Below the pieces are notes generated by a model. It searched no databases and was not told the DNA's origin. It saw only the letters and a list, made by a program, of their open reading frames with translations. 64,000 nt of DNA, from assembly GCA_021846515.1 (NCBI GenBank), contig JAJZWU010000007.1:13505-77504 (forward strand), in the 5' to 3' direction. The translations under genes and the position numbers were made by a program. This document shows positions 9,663 through 19,214 of the stretch, one piece after another. How positions within the stretch are numbered: position 1 is the stretch's first letter; the number at the start of each line of letters is the position of its first letter. The DNA is from Actinomycetes bacterium (lineage in GTDB: Bacteria; Actinomycetota; Acidimicrobiia; Acidimicrobiales; JAMCPL01).

Positions 9663-10243
9663 GATTGAGCCTCTCTGGTAGACACAAGGTACCGGGAGAA
9701 CATATCTATCATCTCCAACGCAACGGTTACTGCCTCATAACCTTTATTGCCTGCCCCCTCCTCAGAACGCTCAAGAGCTTGACCCTCATTCTCGGTCGTC
9801 AGCACTCCAAAGATAACCGGCTTGTCTACCTCAAGCATTACCTGCCGGATTCCGGCAGCGCACTCGCCAGCCACATAATCGAAATGGGGAGTATCTCCCC
9901 TTATCACGGCTCCCAAACATACAATAGCGTCATAAGCATTACCGGAGGCCATCCGCCGTGCAGCCAGTGGAATCTCGAAGGCGCCGGGCACCCAGGCAAC
10001 ACTAACCAGGTGAGGCGAGATACCATACGCTTTAAGCCCCTCAAGTGCTCCATCAAATAGCCTCTTTGTAATTGACGAGTTGAATAATGAACAGACCAAT
10101 CCAATCCTGGCTCCTCTCGAGGCAGCCACCTTAGGATCCCCCCGGATAACCCTACCGACACCGGACTCTATCTCCTGCCACTCTTCGTCAGATAGACCTG
10201 GCAAACTCCGGTCAGACATACTGCCTAGATTAGAGGACATCAT
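9659..10243 (-). CDS. ribH: 6,7-dimethyl-8-ribityllumazine synthase
   Basis: WVPGAFEIP, LGAVIRGDTPHFDYV, GVLTT, NKGYEA. Confidence 0.96.
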   Translation of the reverse strand: MMSSNLGSMSDRSLPGLSDEEWQEIESGVGRVIRGDPKVAASRGARIGLVCSLFNSSITKRLFDGALEGLKAYGISPHLVSVAWVPGAFEIPLAARRMASGNAYDAIVCLGAVIRGDTPHFDYVAGECAAGIRQVMLEVDKPVIFGVLTTENEGQALERSEEGAGNKGYEAVTVALEMIDMFSRYLVSTREAQS

Positions 10244-11456
10244 CCAAGCCCTCTATTAGATGACCCATACGCTCTCGTTTTGTACGCAGGTATTTTATAT
10301 TCTCTGGATTCACAGCAGGAGGCAGAGCGACGCGTTCAGTGATTACCAACCCAAATCCATCCAATCCTCCGTATTTTGCAGGATTGTTCGTCATTAGCCT
10401 CATCCTGGTAACTCCTATGTCTGCAAGTATCTGAGACCCAATACCATACTCCCGCACATCCACCGGCAACCCGAGATCAAGGTTTGCATCGACAGTATCC
10501 CTACCCTGCTCCTGAAGGCTGTAGGCTCTCATCTTGTGTCCAAGCCCGATTCCACGTCCTTCATGGCCACGCAAATAGACTATTACCCCCCTACCCGCAT
10601 CCCCTATCATTGACATTGCCTGCTGGAGTTGAACGCCGCAGTCGCATCTCATGGAGCCAAATACGTCACCGGTCAGACATTCTGAATGAACACGAACCAG
10701 CACTGGCTCATCACCGGATACATCCCCCTTTACCAATGCAAAATGCTGCTCGCCGTCGAGCACCGATTCGTATACCATTCCCTCACAATCACCAATTGCA
10801 GTCGGTATTCTGGCCTTTGCAACAAGCTGCACCAATTTCTCGTTGCGTCTGCGGAACTTGATCAGATCAGCTATAGATATAATGGGTAGATCGTGATCAG
10901 ATGCAAATTGCTCGAGCTCTGGAAGCCTGGCCATACCCTTTTTGTCTGCACTGACGATTTCACACAACACTCCCCCTGGATAGAGGCCGGCTGCCTTGGC
11001 CAAGTCTACAGTAGCCTCTGTATGTCCGCCACGTTTCAACACCCCGCCCGGAGAATATCGTAACGGGAAGACATGACCGGGACGGTTAAAATCCTTTGGA
11101 AGGGACTCCGAATCTACAAGTGCTCTAATGGTAGCAGCCCTATCTGTAGAAGATATACCGGAGCTTGTGCCATGCCTGTAATCGACACTGACCGTAAAGG
11201 CCGTCCTCTGTGATTCTGTATTATATCTGTGCTCTATCATGAGTGGCAGGTCAAGCTCCTCCAGGCGTTCCGGGGTCAGTGGAACGCAGATGACCCCAGA
11301 GGTGTATTCCAGAAAAAAGGCAATCTTATCCGGCGTAACCGCTTCCGCGGCCATAACCAAATCACCTTCGTTCTCTCTATCCTCGTCGTCCACCACGACG
11401 GCCATACCACCGTTGCGAATTACCTCTATTGCTTCTTCTATGCTCGTCAATGCCAC
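10230..11456 (-). CDS. ribBA: Bifunctional DHBP synthase / GTP cyclohydrolase II
   Basis: DDEDRENEGD, GHTEA, RVHSECLTGDVFGSMRCDCG, HEGRGIG, TNNP. Confidence 0.96.
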   Translation of the reverse strand: MALTSIEEAIEVIRNGGMAVVVDDEDRENEGDLVMAAEAVTPDKIAFFLEYTSGVICVPLTPERLEELDLPLMIEHRYNTESQRTAFTVSVDYRHGTSSGISSTDRAATIRALVDSESLPKDFNRPGHVFPLRYSPGGVLKRGGHTEATVDLAKAAGLYPGGVLCEIVSADKKGMARLPELEQFASDHDLPIISIADLIKFRRRNEKLVQLVAKARIPTAIGDCEGMVYESVLDGEQHFALVKGDVSGDEPVLVRVHSECLTGDVFGSMRCDCGVQLQQAMSMIGDAGRGVIVYLRGHEGRGIGLGHKMRAYSLQEQGRDTVDANLDLGLPVDVREYGIGSQILADIGVTRMRLMTNNPAKYGGLDGFGLVITERVALPPAVNPENIKYLRTKRERMGHLIEGLDDVL

Positions 11457-12505
11457 CAGGCTCTCTCCTTGGGTTCTATAGATACCTTTATATCATCCCC
11501 CATCGGTGTCATTTCCACAAACCGGCCACGCCAAAGTGAATTCATATCCTGCACACCGGGACCGCTGAACATTGCTCTGGCATCATCTCCTCCGAACAAA
11601 ACTGGCGCCATATAGAACACATACCTATCTACCATGCCTGCATCATGAAACTCATGCGCTACCACAGATCCTCCTTCTACGAGTACCGACATGTAGCCTT
11701 CTTCAGCCAATCCCCGTAATAAATCAGCTACATCACCATCATACTCCAGAGCTGGCAGTACACGAGCACCTTGGGGAATCTTTCCAAGTACGATTCGTAG
11801 TGGCTGGCGCGCCAGCTGATCGCCACCCTCTCTGGCGGTGAGTTGCGGATCGTCGGCACGTACTGTTCCCGCACCGGTGATTATTACATCACTGCGCGAT
11901 CTCATCAAATGCACATCCTCACGGGCAACCTCCCCGGTAATCCATTGGCTGGATCCATCGGGAGCAGCAATCCTTCCATCAGCAGATATGGCCAGTTTAA
12001 GAGTCACCCAGGGAACTCCCGCTACTCTGTGCTTTATATAGGGCATCAATGACTCCTCTACTTCATTGGCCAGTAGCCCTACCTCCACCTCAATGCCGAC
12101 ATCCTCTAATTTCTTGATACCTGATCCGTTTACCTTCGGGTCAGGGTCCTGTATCGCTACGACGACCCTCTTTACACCGGCTTCAATGATTGAATTCACA
12201 CATGGTGGCGTACGGCCATAATGGCTGCATGGTTCCAGAGTCACGTAAAGTGTAGAGCCTTCAGCTGACTTGCCTGCATTTTTTACCGCATCCAGAACTA
12301 CTATTTCAGCATGCCTGCCGGGAGGCGGCTCAGTGAAACCTTCAAAGACCTCTCCGTCACGATCAATGAGTACTGCACCTACCCAGGGGTTTGGAGAGGT
12401 TGTGCCTGCAATGCTCGATGCCAATTCCAATGCAGCACGCATCATAGTTTCATCTGAAGGGATATCCGATTGTGAAGGTACCACTATACCTACCATAATA
12501 GCCAA
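11447..12505 (-). CDS. ribD: Diaminohydroxyphosphoribosylaminopyrimidine deaminase/reductase
   Basis: PNPWVGA, HAE, TLEPCSHYGRTPPC, SQWIT, VEGG; exact start uncertain. Confidence 0.95.
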   Translation of the reverse strand: MAIMVGIVVPSQSDIPSDETMMRAALELASSIAGTTSPNPWVGAVLIDRDGEVFEGFTEPPPGRHAEIVVLDAVKNAGKSAEGSTLYVTLEPCSHYGRTPPCVNSIIEAGVKRVVVAIQDPDPKVNGSGIKKLEDVGIEVEVGLLANEVEESLMPYIKHRVAGVPWVTLKLAISADGRIAAPDGSSQWITGEVAREDVHLMRSRSDVIITGAGTVRADDPQLTAREGGDQLARQPLRIVLGKIPQGARVLPALEYDGDVADLLRGLAEEGYMSVLVEGGSVVAHEFHDAGMVDRYVFYMAPVLFGGDDARAMFSGPGVQDMNSLWRGRFVEMTPMGDDIKVSIEPKERAWWH

Positions 12506-12752
12506 CTAGCAATAGCCAATGTATAGTGTACGCTTAGCAACGTAACCATATTCTTAATCCTGCGATTTCAGCTGCTCTAATGCCCGTGAGAGAAGATGCA
12601 AGCATGCAGGAGCGATGCCTGATATGACAACCCATCCCTAGAAGTCATCTGGCCGGTGATATCTGATGGCTGTCAGCGGATCCCTACACTGGCTTACCAC
12701 ATGAGTAGGCTCTGCTGACCGGTTAGTTGGAATCGGATAAAATGATCTTGCA

Positions 12753-13259
12753 ATGGTCGATGAACAAGTAACAAGCGACAGTACGGTGAGTACGGTAGCA
12801 ATGAATAGCAACAAGCTGAAAGCTCCTCAAGTCCCCCCAAATTGTGACCTTACATTGGGTATGGTATGCGTAGACAAGCAACAACCGGGAATAACGGTGT
12901 GGCGGATGAAAGCCGACGAGCGTTTTTCCAACCCAGTCGGAGCTATGCAGGGTGGATTCATTGCTGCATTCTGCGACTCGGCAATGGGGGCATCCAGCCT
13001 TACCTGGCACAGAGGCAGGCAAGTCTATTCATTCAATGCCGAGATGAAAGTAAGCCTTATGCGGCCAGTCATATTACCGGCCGAACTAACCTGCACTGCC
13101 AAGGTTATTTCGGGGGGACGTAGGGCAGTCTTTGCAGAAGCGGAGGTCACCGACCAGGCAGGTCATCTTGTCGCAAAAGCCAGTTCAACGTTTCTTATCA
13201 GCGAACGAACGGAAAGCGCCTCAAAGACAGGTTCTGCTCAGATACCTGGGAATGAGTAG
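12753..13259 (+). CDS. PaaI-family hotdog thioesterase
   Basis: NPVGAMQGGFIAAFCDSAMG motif, GGRRAVFAEAEV. Confidence 0.85.
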   Translation: MVDEQVTSDSTVSTVAMNSNKLKAPQVPPNCDLTLGMVCVDKQQPGITVWRMKADERFSNPVGAMQGGFIAAFCDSAMGASSLTWHRGRQVYSFNAEMKVSLMRPVILPAELTCTAKVISGGRRAVFAEAEVTDQAGHLVAKASSTFLISERTESASKTGSAQIPGNE

Positions 13260-14571
13260 AAGATTGCCGGGAGAACCCTCAAACGATAACGCCGGATGGA
13301 GTACAGGCAACGACCAAGTACGAACAGAGCGATATGACAACAGCCAGATCATCTCAGATAGTATCGCCAACGATCTCCATAGAACAGTGGTGATAAGCGC
13401 GGAAACCGTAATTACGCCCTACGACATATTAAAGAATCAGGCTATTACTATTCGCGATGGCCTTATAATCTCCATACAGCCAGTCGAAGCCGCACTCGCA
13501 GCTAATGGCCCAGCAGGTAACGCCATAAGGAACTACGACATAATAGTGCCTGGATTTATAGATATACAGGTTAATGGCGTTGGATCGGTAGATGTTGCCT
13601 CAGCATCCTCAGGGCAAATGGAGGAGATAGGCAGAGCCCTGCTCGCCCAGGGGACAACCACATGGTGTCCTACCGTTATCACTGCTCCCCTACCGGAACT
13701 TGAATCCCAGTTGCAAAAGATAAACGACATCGCCCTGCATCCAATAGAAGATCTGCCTCACATAGCTGGAGCACACTTGGAAGGCCCCTTCATTACGGTT
13801 GCAGGAGCACATCCCACTGAATACATGATTGCAAAGGTCGATCTTGATGTGCTCCGTCGACTTGCCCCTTACCTCACTATAATTACACTTGCTCCCGAGA
13901 TTGATGGGGCAATGGACGCAATCAGGTACCTCTCTTCCGAGGGGGTGGTGGTATCTTTGGGCCATTCCAATTGCACAGCCGAGCAGGCACACGACGCCAT
14001 AGATCGTGGAGCAGGATTGGTCACCCATCTTGGAAATGCTATGAGTGCAATGCATCACCGAAAGCCTGGGCTGGTCGGCGCTGGATTGGAGGATGGCAGA
14101 GTTAGGGTGTCGCTTATTGCGGATCTAATCCACTCGCACCCTTATTTTTTGGAACTGGCCTTCAAGTCCAAGGGGCCAGACCATATCGCCATCATAACTG
14201 ATAGCGTTGCTGCAGGGTTGGGAGTAATAGGAGCGGCTCCCATAAACAGTTCGCCGTCTGATGATGATGATAATGCTTATATACCACGCACAGCGGACGG
14301 CCAGCTCGCGGGATCGACAGTTACCATGCCTCAATCGATTGCCAATTTACACAACAGGTGTAGCATTGAGCTAACAAGCTGTATAGAAGCCGCCACGGCC
14401 TCTCCGGCGCGATTGCTGGGACTTTCTGACCGAGGTCATATTGCCATAGGAAATCAAGCAGACCTTGTTGCATTGCAAAAAGATACTTTTAGTGTGCAGG
14501 CAACATATATCAACGGTACGCTGGCCTACAGTCCGCCCACAGGTCTGTATAATGCTCAAACTGCAGAGTAA
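13252..14571 (+). CDS. nagA: N-acetylglucosamine-6-phosphate deacetylase
   Basis: PGFIDIQVNG, HLEGPF, TLAPE, GHS, THLGNAM, TDS, LAGS; start moved to ATG 13252, which overlaps the thioesterase stop. Confidence 0.9.
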   Translation: MSRRLPGEPSNDNAGWSTGNDQVRTERYDNSQIISDSIANDLHRTVVISAETVITPYDILKNQAITIRDGLIISIQPVEAALAANGPAGNAIRNYDIIVPGFIDIQVNGVGSVDVASASSGQMEEIGRALLAQGTTTWCPTVITAPLPELESQLQKINDIALHPIEDLPHIAGAHLEGPFITVAGAHPTEYMIAKVDLDVLRRLAPYLTIITLAPEIDGAMDAIRYLSSEGVVVSLGHSNCTAEQAHDAIDRGAGLVTHLGNAMSAMHHRKPGLVGAGLEDGRVRVSLIADLIHSHPYFLELAFKSKGPDHIAIITDSVAAGLGVIGAAPINSSPSDDDDNAYIPRTADGQLAGSTVTMPQSIANLHNRCSIELTSCIEAATASPARLLGLSDRGHIAIGNQADLVALQKDTFSVQATYINGTLAYSPPTGLYNAQTAE

Positions 14572-14699
14572 TGCTATATGAGCCCCATATGCCGCGGGAT
14601 CCAGCTACCGCACGGGATACTGACCGTCATATTGCCGGGTGACTCTATAGTGTCCAAGCTGTAATGTAACAGCAGATGACAATCTACTACACTAGTAGC

Positions 14700-16724
14700 A
14701 TGCAACAGGAAACTCATAACGCTCAACAAGGATCCAGTAAAACAACAGTAGATACAGACATAGAAGACCTATGTGTAGCGGTCATAAGGGGCCTTGCAAT
14801 GGATATGCCCCAGCGTGCAAACTCCGGTCACCCCGGTACAGCAATGGCGCTTGCCCCGCTTGCTCATGTCTTGTTCTCACGCATAATGACTCACGATCCA
14901 TCAGATCCTCAATGGCCGGATAGGGATAGGTTCGTTCTGTCCTGTGGACACGCTTCGGTATTGCTCTACAGCATGCTCTACCTGACAGGCTATGGGCTTA
15001 CGATAGATGATCTCAAAAGCTTCCGCCAATTGGGGAGTATTACTCCGGGCCATCCCGAAGTCGGGCTCACTCCAGGGGTCGAGATCACTACAGGTCCGCT
15101 GGGACAGGGGTTGGCTACATCGGTAGGAATGGCAGTTGCAGAGCGATTCTTGAGATCAAAGGTAGGATCAGAGTTGGTAGACCATCATACATATGTGATC
15201 TGTTCTGATGGTGACCTCATGGAGGGGATCAGTCACGAAGCAGCTTCATTTGCCGGTCATCAGAGACTCGGAAGGCTTGTATGCATATACGACGACAATC
15301 ATATAACTATCGACGGATCTACCGATCTGGCCTACAGCGATAACGTGGCAGGACGCTTTGAATCATACGGCTGGCATGTAATGCCCATCGGCGAAGTGGC
15401 TGAAGACCGTAGAGTTCTACAATCTGCAATCGAAACGGCAAAAAATGACGAGAGGCCATCTATGATCATTCTACGCAGCCATATTGGATGGCCATCGCCA
15501 CACAAACACGATACATCTGCAGCACACGGCGAGCCATTGGGTGTAGACGAAGTCAGAGAGACCAAAGAAATACTCAGACTACCTGAAGATCAGGAAATGT
15601 ACGTACCGGAGTCTGTCCTGGACTTCTACCGGAAAGCAGTTGCACCAAAATCCGCTGTCCGCCAAAGCTGGGAATCCAGATTGAAGTCGGCTCCTCAAGA
15701 AACAGCAGAACTGTGGAAATCATTGCACAATCCTCCTCCAAGGTCATGGCAACAGTCATTACCAATCTTCGCTACCGGTACCGCTGTAGCAACCAGGGCT
15801 GGGTTAAAAAAGTGCATCGGGTCCACAAAACAATACCTGCCAGGGCTACTTGCCGGATCTGCCGATCTTACCGGCAACACGGGAGTTGAATTGGAAGACG
15901 CTTCGCAACTATCAGCCGACTATCCTGCAGGCACTCAAGTGCACTTCGGTATCAGGGAACATGCAATGGCAGCCACCATGCTCGGAGCATCTCGCCACGG
16001 TGGCATACTGCCGGTAGGAGGAACTTTTTTTGTATTCAGTGACTACATGAAGCCATCAGTTAGACTGGCTGCGCTCACCCACAGCCATGTAATCTATTCC
16101 TGGACTCACGATTCTATCGGACTGGGAGAAGATGGACCCACGCATCAACCTATAGAACATCTAATGGCTATGCGTGCTATGCCGGGTATCGTGATCATCC
16201 GTCCGGCAGATGCAAACGAATGCTCCCAAGCCTGGCGTATCGCAGTAGAGCATGACGGCCCAGTCGGGCTGGTACTTTCACGACAACCCCTGGAGGTACT
16301 ACCCGGCACTTCTGACCCGCTGGAAAATAGAACCCTGGAAAACGAAGGCGTAGCCAGAGGAGCTTATGTACTGGCCGAATCGGAAGAAACTCCCGACATT
16401 GTACTGACAGCAAGTGGCAGTGAAGTAGCCCTATGCCTACAAGCCAGAGAGGTTTTGAAAAATAGTGGGCGAAACGCAAGGGTAGTTTCATTCCCCTCCT
16501 GGGAGATCTTTGAAAAACAGGACGAAGACTATAAAAAACATATATTTCCACCCGGAGTCCCAACTCTTGCAGTTGAAGCCGGAAGCAAACTGGGTTGGGA
16601 CCGTTATGCCACCAAAGTAATCGGCATGGAATCTTTTGGTGCATCTGCACCCGGTGCACAGGTAATGGAAAAATTTGGCTTTACGGTAGAAAATGTCAGC
16701 GCAGAGGCACTTACATTACTGTAG
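14700..16724 (+). CDS. tkt: Transketolase
   Basis: SGHPG, DRDRFVLSCGH, TTGPLGQG, DGDLMEG, THDSIGLGEDGPTHQP; ATG 14700 preferred (TACACT 6 nt upstream). Confidence 0.97.
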   Translation: MQQETHNAQQGSSKTTVDTDIEDLCVAVIRGLAMDMPQRANSGHPGTAMALAPLAHVLFSRIMTHDPSDPQWPDRDRFVLSCGHASVLLYSMLYLTGYGLTIDDLKSFRQLGSITPGHPEVGLTPGVEITTGPLGQGLATSVGMAVAERFLRSKVGSELVDHHTYVICSDGDLMEGISHEAASFAGHQRLGRLVCIYDDNHITIDGSTDLAYSDNVAGRFESYGWHVMPIGEVAEDRRVLQSAIETAKNDERPSMIILRSHIGWPSPHKHDTSAAHGEPLGVDEVRETKEILRLPEDQEMYVPESVLDFYRKAVAPKSAVRQSWESRLKSAPQETAELWKSLHNPPPRSWQQSLPIFATGTAVATRAGLKKCIGSTKQYLPGLLAGSADLTGNTGVELEDASQLSADYPAGTQVHFGIREHAMAATMLGASRHGGILPVGGTFFVFSDYMKPSVRLAALTHSHVIYSWTHDSIGLGEDGPTHQPIEHLMAMRAMPGIVIIRPADANECSQAWRIAVEHDGPVGLVLSRQPLEVLPGTSDPLENRTLENEGVARGAYVLAESEETPDIVLTASGSEVALCLQAREVLKNSGRNARVVSFPSWEIFEKQDEDYKKHIFPPGVPTLAVEAGSKLGWDRYATKVIGMESFGASAPGAQVMEKFGFTVENVSAEALTLL

Positions 16725-16910
16725 CTCGTTTCATCCCATGCGCCATCGCCAGCAGCACTTACTCCTCCTATGGCCGCACGTCTCCCTATACCTCCCGTCT
16801 CCACCATCGACGGCAGGACTTATGAACCCCACATATAGCTATTGCCGCAGTTGTGAACCAATTCGCTTCGCGTCTTCAATGGCCATTACACGTGATAGAT
16901 TGTAAATGAT

Positions 16911-18074
16911 ATGAAATCAAAACCATACACCACACTCCAAAAATTACACAATGACTGCGGCCAAAGTCCTTGGTTGGACAATCTCAGGCGTGACTACATA
17001 CGTAAAGGTCACCTGGAAGAGCTCATAGATCAAGGCATAAGAGGTGTAACGTCGAATCCGTCCATCTTTGCCAAAGCGATAGAGGATCATCCAGATTACG
17101 ATGAGCAGTTCATGGATCTACTCCCATCGCACAATGTGAAGGAGGCGACATGGGAACTCATATTGACAGATATCAGTGAAGCAGTCAATACCTTTGCACC
17201 ACTATTTATCTCTTCTAATGGCGAAGATGGCTTTGTGTCGGTAGAGGTAGACCCCTCTCTGGCGTTTGATTCGTACGGCACACTAAAGGCTGCGATAGAG
17301 ATCCATGAACGCATAAACACTCGCAACCTGCTGGTAAAAATACCCGCAACCGAGGAAGGCCTGGTAGCTATCCAATCTGCCATTACACTGGGACTTAATA
17401 TCAACGTAACACTGATATTCGGGATCAAGCGGTATGCCCAGGTAATAGATGCATACATAAGTGGTATAGAGGAGCTTATAAAACGTAATCCGGCAAGGGT
17501 TCCGAGAGTGAGGTCGGTAGCATCTTTCTTTGTAAGTAGAATCGATACCGAGGTAGATAATAGGCTTGATGAATTGGCAAAACAGGCCAAGAAGGATACC
17601 GGCAACAAAGGGTTGCTGAAAGAGATCGAGCACCTGAGAGGCAAGGTGGCGATATCGCAGGCCAGCCAGGCATACCATCTATTCCAAGACAAATTCAAGT
17701 GTGAAAAGTTCTACGAATTAGAAAAACACGGAGCAAAACCACAACGGCCATTATGGGCATCTACCTCCACAAAGAACCCCAAATATCCTGACCTTTTATA
17801 CGTAGACAACCTTATTGCAGAATCAACAGTGAACACCATGCCAGATGCAACAATAGATGCATTTCTTGATCACGGTACGCCAGAAACTACTATAAGCAAC
17901 CTGACCGCTTACGACGATGAATTGAACGCCAGGTTGGCTGATGTTGGGATAAACATGGATGACGTTGCCACTACTTTGGAATCCGAGGGAATCGAGAGTT
18001 TCAGCCAGTCATTTAATGAGCTTATAGCCACACTTGAGCGAAAAGCAATTAGCATCAAACGTAGTACAAGCTAA
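16911..18074 (+). CDS. tal: Transaldolase (mycobacterial/plant type)
   Basis: WLDNL, GVTSNPSIF, VKIPAT, NVTLIF, SFFVSR, LWASTSTK. Confidence 0.96.
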   Translation: MKSKPYTTLQKLHNDCGQSPWLDNLRRDYIRKGHLEELIDQGIRGVTSNPSIFAKAIEDHPDYDEQFMDLLPSHNVKEATWELILTDISEAVNTFAPLFISSNGEDGFVSVEVDPSLAFDSYGTLKAAIEIHERINTRNLLVKIPATEEGLVAIQSAITLGLNINVTLIFGIKRYAQVIDAYISGIEELIKRNPARVPRVRSVASFFVSRIDTEVDNRLDELAKQAKKDTGNKGLLKEIEHLRGKVAISQASQAYHLFQDKFKCEKFYELEKHGAKPQRPLWASTSTKNPKYPDLLYVDNLIAESTVNTMPDATIDAFLDHGTPETTISNLTAYDDELNARLADVGINMDDVATTLESEGIESFSQSFNELIATLERKAISIKRSTS

Positions 18075-18206
18075 TCTCCCACAAGTAACTGATGCACAAT
18101 ACTCAAGCATAACACTCGAGTCAGTAAAGAGATTTTATCGATATACGATAAGCTACGGTACAGTATAGGCAGCCGGTAGGCAGTCACAGCAGAAAGGAAA
18201 AGTAAT

Positions 18207-19109
18207 ATGCAACTTGGAATGATTGGACTTGGAAAGATGGGCGCAAACATGGCTACTCGCCTTATACGCGATGGTCATAAAGTTGCGGGATACGACCCGG
18301 AAGAAGATGCCCGTGCCGCTGCATCAGCAAATGGCGTTCTTCCTGCCGCTTCACTGGAAGAGTTTGTGAAATTGTTGAATGCTCCAAGAGTGGTGTGGGT
18401 GATGGTACCCGCAGGGCAGCCTACTGTATCTACCATAAATAACCTTTCCAAATTACTTTCAGATGGAGACATAGTCATTGATGGGGGAAACTCAAACTAC
18501 AAAGAGGCCGCTGATATTGCCAAGCACCTCGATGAATTGGGCATTGGTTTTATCGATGCGGGCACTTCCGGCGGTATATGGGGGCTGGAAGAAGGATATT
18601 GCCTTATGGTAGGCGGTGAGCCAAAGCATGTCTCCGCTTGTGAGCCAATCTTCACCTCCCTCGCCCCTGAGGGAGGATATGCACATGTGGGCCCGGCAGG
18701 CGCAGGTCACTTTGTCAAGATGGTCCACAATGGCATAGAGTACGGCATTATGCAGGCATACGCAGAAGGCTTTGCCATCATGAAGTCTGCAGATGAGTTT
18801 TCGCTGGACATGCACCAGATTGCGTCTATATGGAGATACGGTTCGGTGGTGCGTTCATGGTTGCTGGACCTGACCGAGCGCGCATTGCGGCCTGAGTATC
18901 ATATTGAAGAGATTGAGGGATATGTAGTCGATTCGGGTGAAGGCCGTTGGACACTTGAAGAAGCAATATCCAGAGGAGTGCCTGCGCCAGCAATGGCTGT
19001 TTCTCTATTTAATCGTTTTTCATCACGTGATCCAGATTCGTTCTCAAATAAGTTACTGGCAGCCCTGCGGAACCAATTTGGTGGCCATGCCATAAAAAAG
19101 GAAGACTAG
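18207..19109 (+). CDS. gnd: 6-phosphogluconate dehydrogenase, decarboxylating (short YqeC-type)
   Basis: GLGKMG, MVPAG, DGGNS, GTSGG, KMVHNGIEY, DSGEGRW, LRNQFGGH; RBS AAAGGAA. Confidence 0.96.
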   Translation: MQLGMIGLGKMGANMATRLIRDGHKVAGYDPEEDARAAASANGVLPAASLEEFVKLLNAPRVVWVMVPAGQPTVSTINNLSKLLSDGDIVIDGGNSNYKEAADIAKHLDELGIGFIDAGTSGGIWGLEEGYCLMVGGEPKHVSACEPIFTSLAPEGGYAHVGPAGAGHFVKMVHNGIEYGIMQAYAEGFAIMKSADEFSLDMHQIASIWRYGSVVRSWLLDLTERALRPEYHIEEIEGYVVDSGEGRWTLEEAISRGVPAPAMAVSLFNRFSSRDPDSFSNKLLAALRNQFGGHAIKKED

Positions 19110-19214
19110 TGCGTTGTCTTGCAAATAATGATTCCCTCCTCTTTGAAAGTTCATTGCTCCCCAAGCAACACAGAACAACACAGATTGAGCGAAAAATTGG
19201 AAGGTGAGTGAATA

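Noticed and set aside
12506-12752. FMN riboswitch upstream of ribD
   Set aside because: Conserved RFN segments not found on the minus strand by eye
17096-17698. 200-aa antisense ORF
   Set aside because: Shadow of tal on the opposite strand; no motifs
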